Notes: generated from the sequence alone by a model not told the origin. Positions 1-10,121 are shown, counted from the stretch's first letter. The stretch is DNA of 64,000 nt from Myxococcota bacterium (GCA_965140415.1 OZ223209.1:576001-640000); one strand, 5' to 3'. Translations and numbers: made by a program.

Positions 1-469
1 CCTGCGCCTTGTGGCCACCCAGTTGACCGGAGCTTTGCGGCGTAAGACCGATATGACCGATGACGACGATACCGGCATCCAGAATCGCCCTGATCTGCGG
101 AATGACGCGCTTTCCGCCTTCCAGCTTGATGGCGTCGCAGGAGGCTTCCTTTAAAAAGCGTCCCGCGTTTTCCACGGCGACCATCGGGGTGGTCTGATAA
201 CTCATGAAAGGCATATCGCCAACGACAAAGGTGTTGGGCGCGCCGCGATGAACGGCTTCGGAATGATAGATCATCTGATCCATCTTCACCGGCACGGTAG
301 ACGGATACCCGTATACGCACATGCCCAGCGAATCTCCGACCAGGATCATGTCTACGCCAGCCGCTTCGGCGAACTGGGCCGTAGGATAATCGTAGGAAGT
401 GATCCAAACGATCTTTTCGCCCTGGGCTTTCATACGGTAAAAATCGTGAATCATTTTCTTTTTCGCCAT
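1..469 (-). CDS. panB: 3-methyl-2-oxobutanoate hydroxymethyltransferase (5' part; runs off window)
   Basis: Hand translation from ATG at 469: MAKKKMIHDFYRMKAQGEKIVWITSYDYPTAQFAEAAGVDMILVGDSLGM, the PanB N-terminal signature. AGGAG RBS upstream. Absent from the ORF track because truncated. Confidence 0.95.
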   Translation of the reverse strand, partial: MAKKKMIHDFYRMKAQGEKIVWITSYDYPTAQFAEAAGVDMILVGDSLGMCVYGYPSTVPVKMDQMIYHSEAVHRGAPNTFVVGDMPFMSYQTTPMVAVENAGRFLKEASCDAIKLEGGKRVIPQIRAILDAGIVVIGHIGLTPQSSGQLGGHKAQ

Positions 470-532
470 GCCGTTCTCCTTATCGGTTTTATTTGTTTAC
501 ATCCATCGTAAAAGCATAAAAACGCCGGTTGC

Positions 533-1009
533 TCAGATGTCCTCGCTTGTATCGTCGCCAATGGGCCAGCCGCAATCCGCCTTGACTTCGCTCAGTACGA
601 GAAAGGTTTCCACGCGACCAATGCCGGGAATGGCGGCGATGTTCTCCTTGACCAGTTCGCCCCAGTGCTTCAAATCGCGTGCGGCGAGTTGTAACAGGTA
701 GTCGAAACGGCCCGTGGTGTGATAGCAGGCGCGCACGAAAGACAGCTCGGTCACGCTCTGCTCGAAACTGCGGATGCAGTCTGCATCGTGCTGCACCAGG
801 GCGACGGAAATGAATCCCTGCAACGGCAGGCCGATGCTCTCCGGGTCGACGTCGGCATGATAGCCGCGCAGTACGCCACGCTCTTCAAGGCGGCGAATGC
901 GGTCGAGCATGGTCGAAGGCGCCACCCCGATTTCACGCGCCAGTTCGGCGTTGGTGCGGCGTCCGTTCTGTTGCAGGGCCTCGATGATTCGCAGGTCGGT
1001 TGTATCCAT
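533..1009 (-). CDS. Lrp/AsnC family transcriptional regulator
   Basis: DxxDxRIIxxLQxNGRxTNAELA HTH, RIRRLEERGVL, TGRFDYLL in the RAM domain. Confidence 0.95.
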   Translation of the reverse strand: MDTTDLRIIEALQQNGRRTNAELAREIGVAPSTMLDRIRRLEERGVLRGYHADVDPESIGLPLQGFISVALVQHDADCIRSFEQSVTELSFVRACYHTTGRFDYLLQLAARDLKHWGELVKENIAAIPGIGRVETFLVLSEVKADCGWPIGDDTSEDI

Positions 1010-1253
1010 GGCTCACCTGAATGATTGGAACTATAAAGACGATGATATTGGCGATTGTTCGATTGTCAAGCAATATCATCGAATGATTGCATCTGATTTC
1101 GACAATTACACCGAACATGCCAAATTGAAAACAATCGCAATTTCAACCACACGCTCCACCGGTTTCGAACGAATTGATTTGACTTGACATTCTCCAATTG
1201 GTACGTCACATTTCAAAGATTGACTGCTGCAAATACAAACCTATGAGGAACGG

Positions 1254-2453
1254 ATGGACCCGATTACACGACTGCTGGTTAAGCTCTTCACTCCCAATGT
1301 CGATGAGCTGTCTCCCGCCAAGAAAAAAGCCACACTGGGTTTGTTGGAAGGCTATGTCAGCCTGGTGGTCAATATCCTTTTGTCGGTAGCCAAGATCGCC
1401 ATCGGTGTGCTTTCCGGCAGCGTGGCGCTACTGGCCGATGCCGTTCATACCTTGACCGACTGCATCTCCTCGGGTGTGCTGATTGTCGGTGCCTATGTGG
1501 CACGCAAACCGGCGGACAAGGAACATCCTTTCGGGCATGGGCGCTCCGAACACATTGTCAGCATCGTGATTGCTATCCTATTGGGAGTGACCGCCATCGA
1601 GTTCGGCAAAGAGTCGATTTTCCGCATCATGGACCCCAAACCGATGCAGATCAGCGGCTTGATGATCGCAGCGGTGATCGGCACCATGGTCGTAAAATAC
1701 TGGAACAGCATCTTTGCGCGGGCGCTGGCCAAACAAAGCGGCTCGGGCGCGATCGAAGCGGATTTCTGGCACCATATGACGGATGTTTTCACGACCGGGT
1801 TGGCGCTGGTAGCGATCATCGCTGCCAATTTTTCCATTTTCTGGCTCGATGGCGTGATGGGTGTGGCCGTCAGTCTGGTGCTGTTGTGGGTAGCCTGGGA
1901 AATCGCCAAAGAGGCGGCTAGTCCGTTAATGGGAGCCGCACCGAGCGACGACGAACTTGTTGAAATCAAAGAGAAATCTCTAAGAATCGAAGAAGTTCGC
2001 GACATCCACGATGTGGTGGTGCATCACTATGGCGATGTGCGCCAGATCTCGTTACATGCCGAAGTAAGCGACAAATTGAGCGCGTTGGAAAGCCATGATA
2101 TTGCGGAGCGGTTACAGGCTGCCATCGCCGAAAACGAACACGGCTCGGTCGTGGTGCATATCGATCCGATCAACGACGATCACCCCTTATACGATCCGAT
2201 TCGGCAGCACCTGCTTGCCTTGATCGAAAACCTGCCGGGAGTGGATTCCTTCCACGACCTGCGCCTGGTGGGAGACGATCGCTCGGTTGCGGCAATTCTG
2301 GATGTCAAAGTCAATTGCGCCCCCAACGACAAGTTGCGAAGCGAACTGACCGAGGCCTTCCTCAATCACCTGAAACTGACGTTGCCGCAGGTGCAGGCAA
2401 TCACTTTAAACCTGGAACCGCTTTTCAATAATGCCGTAAATACTCCAAGATAA
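1254..2453 (+). CDS. Cation diffusion facilitator (FieF/CDF) transporter with duplicated C-terminal domain
   Basis: SVALLADAVHTLTD, KPADKEHPFGHGRSE, ADFWHHMTD motifs; two IHD/FHD-type cytoplasmic domains. Confidence 0.93.
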   Translation: MDPITRLLVKLFTPNVDELSPAKKKATLGLLEGYVSLVVNILLSVAKIAIGVLSGSVALLADAVHTLTDCISSGVLIVGAYVARKPADKEHPFGHGRSEHIVSIVIAILLGVTAIEFGKESIFRIMDPKPMQISGLMIAAVIGTMVVKYWNSIFARALAKQSGSGAIEADFWHHMTDVFTTGLALVAIIAANFSIFWLDGVMGVAVSLVLLWVAWEIAKEAASPLMGAAPSDDELVEIKEKSLRIEEVRDIHDVVVHHYGDVRQISLHAEVSDKLSALESHDIAERLQAAIAENEHGSVVVHIDPINDDHPLYDPIRQHLLALIENLPGVDSFHDLRLVGDDRSVAAILDVKVNCAPNDKLRSELTEAFLNHLKLTLPQVQAITLNLEPLFNNAVNTPR

Positions 2454-2477
2454 CCGTGCTGCAGCATCATTAGAAGA

Positions 2478-2538
2478 GATGGATCAGGATTGTATCCTGA
2501 TCCGAAACGTTGCGCGCGGGATGCAATCCCGCGCGATC
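2478..2538. repeat. ~60-nt two-hairpin dispersed repeat (REP-like), copy 1
   Basis: GGATCAGGATTGTATCCTGATCC followed by CGCGCGGGATGCAATCCCGCGCG; reverse complement matches 49108-49165 and 63441-63501. Confidence 0.85.
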
Positions 2539-2578
2539 ATGAGGAAAAACAAATTATCCCGACATTTCCTACAATTTG

Positions 2579-2788
2579 TCAATCTTTTGATGATTCTTTA
2601 TCTGCGCGTTTTTCCAGAGCGACTGGGCAGTTGGCCTGATTGCAGCCGGAACAGGAGCCGGAGCAGTCTTTGGTGCAGGTCAACTCATCCTGTTCGCTCG
2701 GATGAAAGAAACGCCACAATTTCAGCGCCACCCACACCAGCGCCACACATGAAATTGCAAATACTACAATGACTTCAAGCAGTTGCAT
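2579..2788 (-). CDS. FeoB-associated Cys-rich small membrane protein
   Basis: N-terminal TM helix then CTKDCSGSCSGCNQANC; directly downstream of feoB. Confidence 0.75.
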   Translation of the reverse strand: MQLLEVIVVFAISCVALVWVALKLWRFFHPSEQDELTCTKDCSGSCSGCNQANCPVALEKRADKESSKD

Positions 2789-2815
2789 GATACTTACTTC
2801 ACTTCCGGCGAGCTG

Positions 2816-5041
2816 CTATAGCAACAGTCGCCCAATTTGATAAACCAGAGTGCTCAGCACCCAGGCCAACGCCGTCAATCCGCCGAACTGCAAAAATGCC
2901 CATTTCCAGGAACCGCTTTCCTTGCGCGTGGCGGCCAGCGTCGCCATGCAGGGTGTGGCGATCAGTAAAAAGAGCATCAGCGAAAAGGCGATTAACGGTG
3001 TGTATGCTTCCGCCAGGCGGTCGCGCAAAGAATCGGTGGAGCTTTCGTCGTCGCCCAGGGCAAAAACGATCCCCATCTGCGCCACGAAGACTTCCTTGGC
3101 GGCGAATGCGCCGATCAGCGCGGTACTGATGCGCCAGTCAAAGCCCATCGGCTTGGTGACCCATTCCATGATTTTGCCGATGCGTCCTGCGGCGGAATAC
3201 TCCAGGTTTTCCATTTGCTTGACGCGCTCCACCTGCTCGGGTAGCAGGATTTCCACGCCATCCGGCGCCAAGGCGCGTGCAGCGTACAACTGGCTTTCGA
3301 TGACCTTGTCGTGCTGCTCTTCCGGCATGTTTTCGGGCACCACCGGTTGCAACACCCGCGTTTTACCCCGTTCGATGTCGCGGTCGATTTGGTAGCTTTC
3401 CGGCTGCGGATAGGTGGAGAACAGCCACATCACAATAGAAATTCCAAGGATAATCGTTCCCGCTTTGCGCATATACAGCCAGCCGCGTTCGAACATTTTC
3501 CCTATAAGCGCCTTCAAGGTCGGCATGCGGTAGGGTGGCAGTTCCATCACAAAGGGCGTCTCTTCACCTTTCAATAAGGTGGAGCGCAATAGCCGCGCCA
3601 GCACGACTGCCAGCAGGATACCGATCATGTAAATCAGCCAGAGCATCGGCGCGCGCCATTGCTCCGGGAAAAAGGCCGGAATCAACAGCATCCAGATCGG
3701 CAGACGCGCCCCGCAACTCATCAACGGCAATACCAGCATGGTCGTTAATCGGTCGCGCTCGTTTTCCAGCGTGCGTGTAGCCAGAATGCCGGGAATGGTA
3801 CAGCCGAAACCGCTGATCATCGGAATGAAGCTCTTGCCATGCAAGCCGAACTTGTGCATCACACGATCAACCAGAAATGCCGCCCGCGAGAGATAACCGG
3901 TGTCCTCCAGAAAAGCCAGACCCAGAAAAAGTAGAAGGATATTGGGAAGAAAGACAATCACCCCGCCTACACCGGCGATGATACCGTCTACCAGTAACGA
4001 GCGTAGCGGTGAGGCGGACCCCTCCGGCCAGAATCCGCTGATGGTATCTCCCAGCCAGGAAAAACCGGCTTCGATCCAACCCATGGGATAATCGCCCAAG
4101 GTGAAGGTCAGATAGAACAGCAGGTACATCGCCGCAAGAAACGTAACCAGTCCCAACCTGCGACTACACAGAATCGCATCGATCTTATCGGACAATTGCC
4201 GCGCATTTTCACGCGCTTCGGAAAGTGTAACCTCTTTCAACAGCCCGAAAACAAAGCCGTATAACTGATCGGCCAAATAGGTGGCGATATCCAATTCGGT
4301 TTCGTATTCCAACTCCTCGCGAAGGCTCTGGGCTTTTTGTAGAATACGGTCGAACCGTTCGGGCATCCGCTTTCGCACCCATTGTTCCGTGGTCGGGTCG
4401 TCTTCGATCAGTTTCATGGCCAGCCAGCGCGGCGGTCGCGCATCGGGCCGGTCGTCGTGCAATAGCGGAGCCAATTGGCAGAGGGCGCCATCCAGACGAT
4501 CTCCCACCACCAACCTCGGTTTGGGCTTGGGATTCCGCCCTACCTGCTCGATTAAATCCTTTAAGCGATCGATTCCCGCAGGCTTGTGTCCAACTGTTTC
4601 AACCACTGGGAATCCCAACAGATTCTGCATCTGTTCCAGATCCAGTTGCTGCCCCGCCGCGTGGGCTTCGTCGCTCATATTCAGAGCCAGAATAATATTG
4701 GATTCGGCGAGCATAACCTGCGTCAACAGGTATAAATGACGCTTCAAGCTTGTGGAATCCACCACAACCACGATGACGTCGTAGCGACCGGAAAGAATTT
4801 CGCGCCGGGCAATACGTTCCTCGGGCGAATAATGCGTCAGGCTGTACGTGCCGGGCAGATCGTGGATTTCATATTGTTGATCCTGATAGCGATAGCGGCC
4901 TTGCTTCTTTTCAACCGTAACGCCTGGATAATTTCCGACTTTCTGATGTGCTCCGGTGAGGGCGTTGAAGAGGCTGGTTTTCCCTGCATTGGGATTTCCT
5001 GCCAGCGCGATGCGCACATCCGGTTTCTGCTGCTCACTCAT
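2816..5041 (-). CDS. feoB: Ferrous iron transport protein B
   Basis: GNPNAGKT G1, VGNYPGVTVEKK, DLPGTYSL, GFGC/MSCGARLP gate motifs, AKEVFV, TPC. Confidence 0.98.
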   Translation of the reverse strand: MSEQQKPDVRIALAGNPNAGKTSLFNALTGAHQKVGNYPGVTVEKKQGRYRYQDQQYEIHDLPGTYSLTHYSPEERIARREILSGRYDVIVVVVDSTSLKRHLYLLTQVMLAESNIILALNMSDEAHAAGQQLDLEQMQNLLGFPVVETVGHKPAGIDRLKDLIEQVGRNPKPKPRLVVGDRLDGALCQLAPLLHDDRPDARPPRWLAMKLIEDDPTTEQWVRKRMPERFDRILQKAQSLREELEYETELDIATYLADQLYGFVFGLLKEVTLSEARENARQLSDKIDAILCSRRLGLVTFLAAMYLLFYLTFTLGDYPMGWIEAGFSWLGDTISGFWPEGSASPLRSLLVDGIIAGVGGVIVFLPNILLLFLGLAFLEDTGYLSRAAFLVDRVMHKFGLHGKSFIPMISGFGCTIPGILATRTLENERDRLTTMLVLPLMSCGARLPIWMLLIPAFFPEQWRAPMLWLIYMIGILLAVVLARLLRSTLLKGEETPFVMELPPYRMPTLKALIGKMFERGWLYMRKAGTIILGISIVMWLFSTYPQPESYQIDRDIERGKTRVLQPVVPENMPEEQHDKVIESQLYAARALAPDGVEILLPEQVERVKQMENLEYSAAGRIGKIMEWVTKPMGFDWRISTALIGAFAAKEVFVAQMGIVFALGDDESSTDSLRDRLAEAYTPLIAFSLMLFLLIATPCMATLAATRKESGSWKWAFLQFGGLTALAWVLSTLVYQIGRLLL

Positions 5042-5105
5042 GCGTATACTTCCCTAATAATATCAGATAAATGCACGGTTTGTCATATGTGCTGTCACAA
5101 GTGGA

Positions 5106-5840
5106 CTATGCTTGAAGGATGACCGCTTCCGCTTCCTTGCGTCGCAGGGAAAGTTGGAATCCCTGGCTCTTGATCCAGACCGGATCGCCGGATGGCGCGA
5201 AACGCTCCAAAATGACTTTGGTGTTGGGTAACAGCCCCATATCCAGCAATCGCTGGCGAATGGCGCCCTTGGCGCGAACCTGGGAGATGATTCCGGTTTC
5301 ACTCGGTTTCAAATCGGCCAAAGTGCGTGGATTTTCCATGCTCAAGCGCCGCAATTGTCCGGCGCGGCTGTTCTGATCGTAGCAGGTGCCCCGGCAAGTA
5401 TCGATTTCGGGGTTGACGGCTTTGCAGTGATGGAAATTGTCGATCAGAATGTGCTTTTCTTCCGGATGGCGATTCAAGAACTCGAAGAAACGAGTCAGCC
5501 GGTCCATGGCTTCATCGGAGAGGTGATGCTCCATCGCACAGGCGTTTTCGTCTGCCGCCTGCTCGTTCAAGTCCAGGATATCACGGAAGAAACGGAAAAG
5601 AATGTCGTGCCGGGCCAATACGCGCCGAGCCGCGATTTCCCCTTCCGGAGTTAAATCGATGTATTCGCGTTGGGAATAGTCGATCAATCCCATTTCCGCC
5701 AGACGGCGCATGGCGGTGGTCACGGAACTCATGCGCACATCACGTGCTTTGGCGATGTCTTTGACGCGCGCCACCTTGTTGTCGCGCACCAGCAGGTATA
5801 CCGTTTCCAGATAATCTTCCAGGGCTTTGGTCATGTCCAT
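5106..5840 (-). CDS. DtxR/MntR family metal-dependent repressor with C-terminal FeoA domain
   Basis: EDYLETVY, ARVKDIA HTH, ACAMEHHLS metal site, RQRLLDMGLLP...APSGDP FeoA domain. Confidence 0.95.
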   Translation of the reverse strand: MDMTKALEDYLETVYLLVRDNKVARVKDIAKARDVRMSSVTTAMRRLAEMGLIDYSQREYIDLTPEGEIAARRVLARHDILFRFFRDILDLNEQAADENACAMEHHLSDEAMDRLTRFFEFLNRHPEEKHILIDNFHHCKAVNPEIDTCRGTCYDQNSRAGQLRRLSMENPRTLADLKPSETGIISQVRAKGAIRQRLLDMGLLPNTKVILERFAPSGDPVWIKSQGFQLSLRRKEAEAVILQA

Positions 5841-5907
5841 GATCGCCTCGCAATGTAATAAGATCGCACGAAACTACGTATGTGACAGCACGACAGAGAA
5901 TAATTGC

Positions 5908-5951
5908 TATCACTGTTAGACAAGTCTAACAGTGATATGTTCATGTGTCAA
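5908..5951 (-). promoter_or_regulatory. sigma70 promoter of dtxR-feoB operon overlapped by a perfect 14-2-14 palindromic operator
   Basis: Minus strand TTGACA(5951-5946)-17nt-TAGACT(5928-5923); palindrome TATCACTGTTAGAC-AA-GTCTAACAGTGATA at 5908-5937. Confidence 0.85.
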
Positions 5952-6089
5952 TGTCTTTTTTTCCTAAATGAAAAAAATATTGAGGGACTTTGACCCACCT
6001 GTTAAAAAGCCGGGAATGTTCAGAGACTTTTAACTATCCAGCATGTAAGAATGGTTGTGCTGCAGAATGATCTCTAAAGGAGCGAACGG

Positions 6090-6557
6090 TTGAAACTGAC
6101 AAAAGCATGTGATTACGCCTTCCGGCTCATGGTGAATCTGGCGGAAATGGATCAGGATTCGGTGATCAGCATTCGTGAAGCCAGTAAACGCATCAATATC
6201 CCGAAAAGTTTTCTTGGAAATATCGTACAGAAACTTTCAACAGCGGGTCTTGTAGAAACCACCAAAGGAGCAAAAGGCGGTCTACGATTAAAGAAAGACG
6301 CGTTCTCCATTACCGCCCTGGATGTTTACGTGGCGGTGGAAGGACCATTGGAACTGACGACCTGCCAGCATGAGGAAGGCTGTGTACACGAGAGCTACTG
6401 TCCGGTGAATCCTTTTATGGCGAAGCTGCGGGATCAGTTTGTGAAACTCTTCAGCGAAACGACCTTAATCGATATTATTGCCAATGGCAGCGGTCAATTG
6501 TGGGGAGGCCAGTCGCTATTCGAAGCTAAGTCAGCTCAAGAACCGTCCGTATCCTGA
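6090..6557 (+). CDS. Rrf2 family transcriptional regulator (IscR-like Cys triad)
   Basis: MKLTKACDYAFRLM, GAKGG, AVEGPL, C-x5-C-x5-C; AAGGAG RBS before TTG start. Confidence 0.92.
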   Translation: MKLTKACDYAFRLMVNLAEMDQDSVISIREASKRINIPKSFLGNIVQKLSTAGLVETTKGAKGGLRLKKDAFSITALDVYVAVEGPLELTTCQHEEGCVHESYCPVNPFMAKLRDQFVKLFSETTLIDIIANGSGQLWGGQSLFEAKSAQEPSVS

Positions 6558-7365
6558 CAACTTCCGATAGGATGTCATCCAGCCGTTGCGGAGTAATCAT
6601 GCTGTCGGCATCGCAACGCGCGCAGGATGGATCGTCGTGAACTTCCAAAAAAAGTCCATCGACTCCAAACGCTGCTGCCGCCCGGCACAGCCCGGCCACG
6701 AATTCCGGCGTGCCGCCACTGCGGTCCTGTCCACCGGAAGGTTTCTGCACCGAGTGCGTACCGTCGAAAATCGTGCAGAGCCCCAAAGATCGTTGAATCG
6801 CCAGCGAGCGAAAATCCACCACCAGATCGTGATAACCGAAGAAGGTGCCTCGTTCTGTCGTGAATACGTTTCGATTCCCGGTGGACAGCACCTTCGCAAC
6901 GACATTCTTTAAATCCTCCGGCGCGACAAACTGCCCCTTTTTAATGTTGATGGCTTTGCCTGTCTCGCCCGCTGCAAGCAGCAGATCGGTCTGGCGACAG
7001 AGAAATGCCGGAATCTGCAATACATCCAGCACTTCGGCGGCGGGGTTAACCTGTTCGGGCAGGTGAATATCGGAGAGCAGCGGCAGATCTAATTCGGCTT
7101 TAACGCGCGTCAGGATGCGCAAGCCTTCATCCAGTCCCGGTCCCCGGTAACTGTCGATCGAGGTGCGGTTGGCCTTATCGAAAGAAGATTTATAGATCAA
7201 TGGCAACTTGTACTTTTCGGCGATCTGCTTTAACCGCTCGGCCATACGCAGGGCGTGCGATTCTCCCTCGATAACGCAGGGTCCGGCGATCAGCAGGAGC
7301 GGTTGCCCGTCCCCGATGCAAAGCGATTTGCCAATCGAAACCCTGCGTGTAGTTTCAGTTTGCAT
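6526..7365 (-). CDS. kdsA: KDO 8-phosphate synthase
   Basis: IAGPCVIE, KSSFDKANRTS, QIPAFLCRQTDLL, KKGQF, FDGTHSVQ. Confidence 0.98.
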   Translation of the reverse strand: MQTETTRRVSIGKSLCIGDGQPLLLIAGPCVIEGESHALRMAERLKQIAEKYKLPLIYKSSFDKANRTSIDSYRGPGLDEGLRILTRVKAELDLPLLSDIHLPEQVNPAAEVLDVLQIPAFLCRQTDLLLAAGETGKAINIKKGQFVAPEDLKNVVAKVLSTGNRNVFTTERGTFFGYHDLVVDFRSLAIQRSLGLCTIFDGTHSVQKPSGGQDRSGGTPEFVAGLCRAAAAFGVDGLFLEVHDDPSCARCDADSMITPQRLDDILSEVVRIRTVLELT

Positions 7366-8110
7366 AGAGCCTCCTAGCCTGTTCCAGATCTTCGGGCGTA
7401 TTGACGTCGATTATACCGCTTCCATCGATTGTACTCACCTGAATTCCGAATCCGGCGTCCAGGGCACGCAACTGCTCCAGCGATTCGCGTTGCTCATTTT
7501 CAGAAACCGGCAGCTTGAGATAATCGAACAAGGCTTTCCGATGATACCCGTATGCACCGAGATGCCGTAGCAGCGAATGCTCCGGCAAGGAATGGCATAA
7601 GCGGCTGGCGTTTTCATAACTGCGCGTAAAGGTCAGCGCCTTACCCCGTCGATCGACCAGTGCTTTGACGACGTTTGGATTTTCCCGTTCTTCTTTGCTT
7701 ATAAGCACCGTACCCAACGTGCTGATAGCAATATCGTTCTGGTGTTGCAGTGGGTCGATCAGTGCCGTCAAAGAGGCAGCATCCAGGCCCAGACAATCCC
7801 CCTGCAAGTTCAGCACGATTTCGAATTCCGGCAGTGAGTCCGCCACTTCGGTCACACGCTCCGAACCATTGACATGCGTTGAAGAGGTCATCCGGGCTTC
7901 ATATCCTGCCGCCTGTACGGCAAGGAAGATGCGCTTGTCATCGGTAGCCACGATCACGCGGTCGATGAGCTTACAGGCTTGGGCCAATGCCGCTACGCGA
8001 ACGACAAGCGGAAACCCGGCGACATCGGCAAGCGGCTTACCCGGCAGGCGAGTCGAATCGTAACGGGCGGGAATCACCGCCAGCACAGGCAATGTTTTCT
8101 TCGTCACCAT
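7355..8110 (-). CDS. kdsB: CMP-KDO synthetase
   Basis: IPARYDSTRLPGKPLAD, NLQGD, ESLEQLRAL, DVNTPEDL. Confidence 0.96.
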   Translation of the reverse strand: MVTKKTLPVLAVIPARYDSTRLPGKPLADVAGFPLVVRVAALAQACKLIDRVIVATDDKRIFLAVQAAGYEARMTSSTHVNGSERVTEVADSLPEFEIVLNLQGDCLGLDAASLTALIDPLQHQNDIAISTLGTVLISKEERENPNVVKALVDRRGKALTFTRSYENASRLCHSLPEHSLLRHLGAYGYHRKALFDYLKLPVSENEQRESLEQLRALDAGFGIQVSTIDGSGIIDVNTPEDLEQARRLYAN

Positions 8111-8127
8111 AGCGATTGGCTTCTCTT

Positions 8128-8163
8128 AAAAAAACAAGCCGCATGAAACACCATGCGGCCTGT
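8128..8163 (-). terminator. Rho-independent terminator after kelch lipoprotein gene
   Basis: Minus strand CAGGCCGCATG-loop-CATGCGGCTTG followed by T7. Confidence 0.7.
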
Positions 8164-8192
8164 TGCTGTCGTATAGAGTTTTAAAGGACGAT

Positions 8193-10121
8193 CTACAGGT
8201 CTCCGTCCGCCGCGTCGCCATCTTCCACAGCGCTGTCGCCGTCGGTTGCAGGCGTATCCCCATCGACAACCGCCGTGTCGCCGTCGGTTACCGCCGTGTC
8301 GCCATCGGTGACGGTCGTATCGCCATCGGTGGCAGTGGAGCCGTCGACCGGGAAGTGATCGGGATGCGGGTAGAAGATTTCGCCGGAGCGTAGAATCTCA
8401 CGGTGTGTGGGCTCGCCTTCCTGCGGATCGGGTTGTGCACCACCCGCGATCAGGATGGAGCCATCACGCAACATCGTTACGGTGTGACCCATGCGAGCCA
8501 GCGGCGTCACCACATTGGGAACCATACCCATCTGCACGACTTCGCCGTAGGGATTCTTCAGATCCGCGAAATTGGTGCGACCGCTGTACAGTTCGAAATC
8601 GCTGACGCCTTCACGCAGTTTGTAGTCGTACACGCCGCCGATCACTGCCACGCGATTATCCGGCATGACCGCCATTTTGTGGAAGGCGCGCTGGTTGTTC
8701 ATGTTGAACTGCTGCGAAGTCTTCGCGGTGAAATCGATGAATACCGCCGAAGCGACCGGATCGGTCAGTTTCTCGTCGGTTCCCTGAGCGGTCTTCTGCA
8801 TGCCACCGCTGATGATCACCTGCTGCCCGTCGCCGTAAATAGAAGCGGCGTGGTTGTAGAGATCCGGCCACAGGGTGTATCCGTCGATGTCGCTCAGCAA
8901 TTCCGTGTCGGCGCTTTCCGAAACGAATTTCTCTGCAACGTCTTCACCCGGCGTTACGCCGCCGTAGAACAGAATCTGCCCGTTGGACAGGCGCGTGGCA
9001 GTGTGCGAGGAACGCCCGGCTTTCAACTGGATGTCCAGCAGGCGGAATTCCGGCTTGGTCATCGCCGCAGCGGGATCGAAGGTCAGCATTTCCATGGTAG
9101 ACAAGCGACCGCCGTCGCCCCAGCCGCCGGCCACCAGAAAGCGCGTGGCTTGTGGCGGATCGGTGTCGATGGGAGTCACCGTGAAGAACGCGCGCTGCTG
9201 CTTCATGTTGATGACCAACTCGACACGACCGTTGCCGTCCGGGTTGTAGAGCACTGCCGTTTTGTGAATGTTGTTCAGATCCGCTTCCATGTAGGCGCGG
9301 CCATCCTGGCCATGCAGCATCCAAAGTTGATCCGCACCGCCGATGATCAGCACACGGCCATCGGCCAGCAGAATGGATTCATGCCCGGCGCGTTTCTGAT
9401 CCAGCGGCGTCATCTGCTTGAAGGAGCCGGTCTGCGCGTCGAAGAGAATGACCTGCTTGGTGGCAACACCCAGATCGCACTGTACCGAGCCGCCGAATTC
9501 TTCCGGGAAGCAGGCGTTTTCACGAATCTGGGACACGCCGCCGGTGATCAACACCGTCATGCCGTCGCGCAGCAGGGTCGCCGAATGGAACACACGCTCG
9601 ATTTCCATGCAGTTAAAGGCAAAGGTGATATCGCCCACACGTCGCATGTAAACGTTGACCGGAATGGCTTCGGTGGTGGGATTGACCTGCTCGGTGGTGA
9701 TATCCACGTTGTAGTTATGACCGATCCAAAGCAATTGTTTGCTGGCATCGTAAGCGTTGATTTGTAGATGCATGTTCTGCTGTAACGGCAGATCGAAAAG
9801 CGTGAAGGAACTGGAATCCGGCAGAATGCAGGTAACGGGATCGTCGCAGACGGAAGCGACGGTAACCTGCTTTTTATGCAGTTCGGTTCCCGATTGCGAA
9901 GAAACGATGAAATCCAGCGAAGCCACGTCGCTGGGCAGTTTGCCTTCGGTATAGTTCGTCTGGCTGCTTTCAAACTGCGTAACGGAACATCCGCTCGTCT
10001 GCTGCATGAACTTGATTCCGATTTGCGGCTGTTGCACGTCGCCTGCATTGTCGCTGCAAGCCGCCGCCATAAGCGTCAAGATGAGAATCGCGAACCACAC
10101 CAAGTACTTGCTTTTCGTCAT
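8193..10121 (-). CDS. Kelch/galactose-oxidase-type beta-propeller lipoprotein with C-terminal DGD repeats
   Basis: Lipobox MAAAC; repeated RxxHxAxLLxDGxVLIxGG kelch motifs; TDGDTAV repeats; start moved to ATG 10121 (GAGGA RBS). Confidence 0.88.
   Translation of the reverse strand: MTKSKYLVWFAILILTLMAAACSDNAGDVQQPQIGIKFMQQTSGCSVTQFESSQTNYTEGKLPSDVASLDFIVSSQSGTELHKKQVTVASVCDDPVTCILPDSSSFTLFDLPLQQNMHLQINAYDASKQLLWIGHNYNVDITTEQVNPTTEAIPVNVYMRRVGDITFAFNCMEIERVFHSATLLRDGMTVLITGGVSQIRENACFPEEFGGSVQCDLGVATKQVILFDAQTGSFKQMTPLDQKRAGHESILLADGRVLIIGGADQLWMLHGQDGRAYMEADLNNIHKTAVLYNPDGNGRVELVINMKQQRAFFTVTPIDTDPPQATRFLVAGGWGDGGRLSTMEMLTFDPAAAMTKPEFRLLDIQLKAGRSSHTATRLSNGQILFYGGVTPGEDVAEKFVSESADTELLSDIDGYTLWPDLYNHAASIYGDGQQVIISGGMQKTAQGTDEKLTDPVASAVFIDFTAKTSQQFNMNNQRAFHKMAVMPDNRVAVIGGVYDYKLREGVSDFELYSGRTNFADLKNPYGEVVQMGMVPNVVTPLARMGHTVTMLRDGSILIAGGAQPDPQEGEPTHREILRSGEIFYPHPDHFPVDGSTATDGDTTVTDGDTAVTDGDTAVVDGDTPATDGDSAVEDGDAADGDL

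Noticed and set aside
8403-9767. 454-aa plus-strand ORF
   Set aside because: Antisense shadow of the kelch lipoprotein; no motifs
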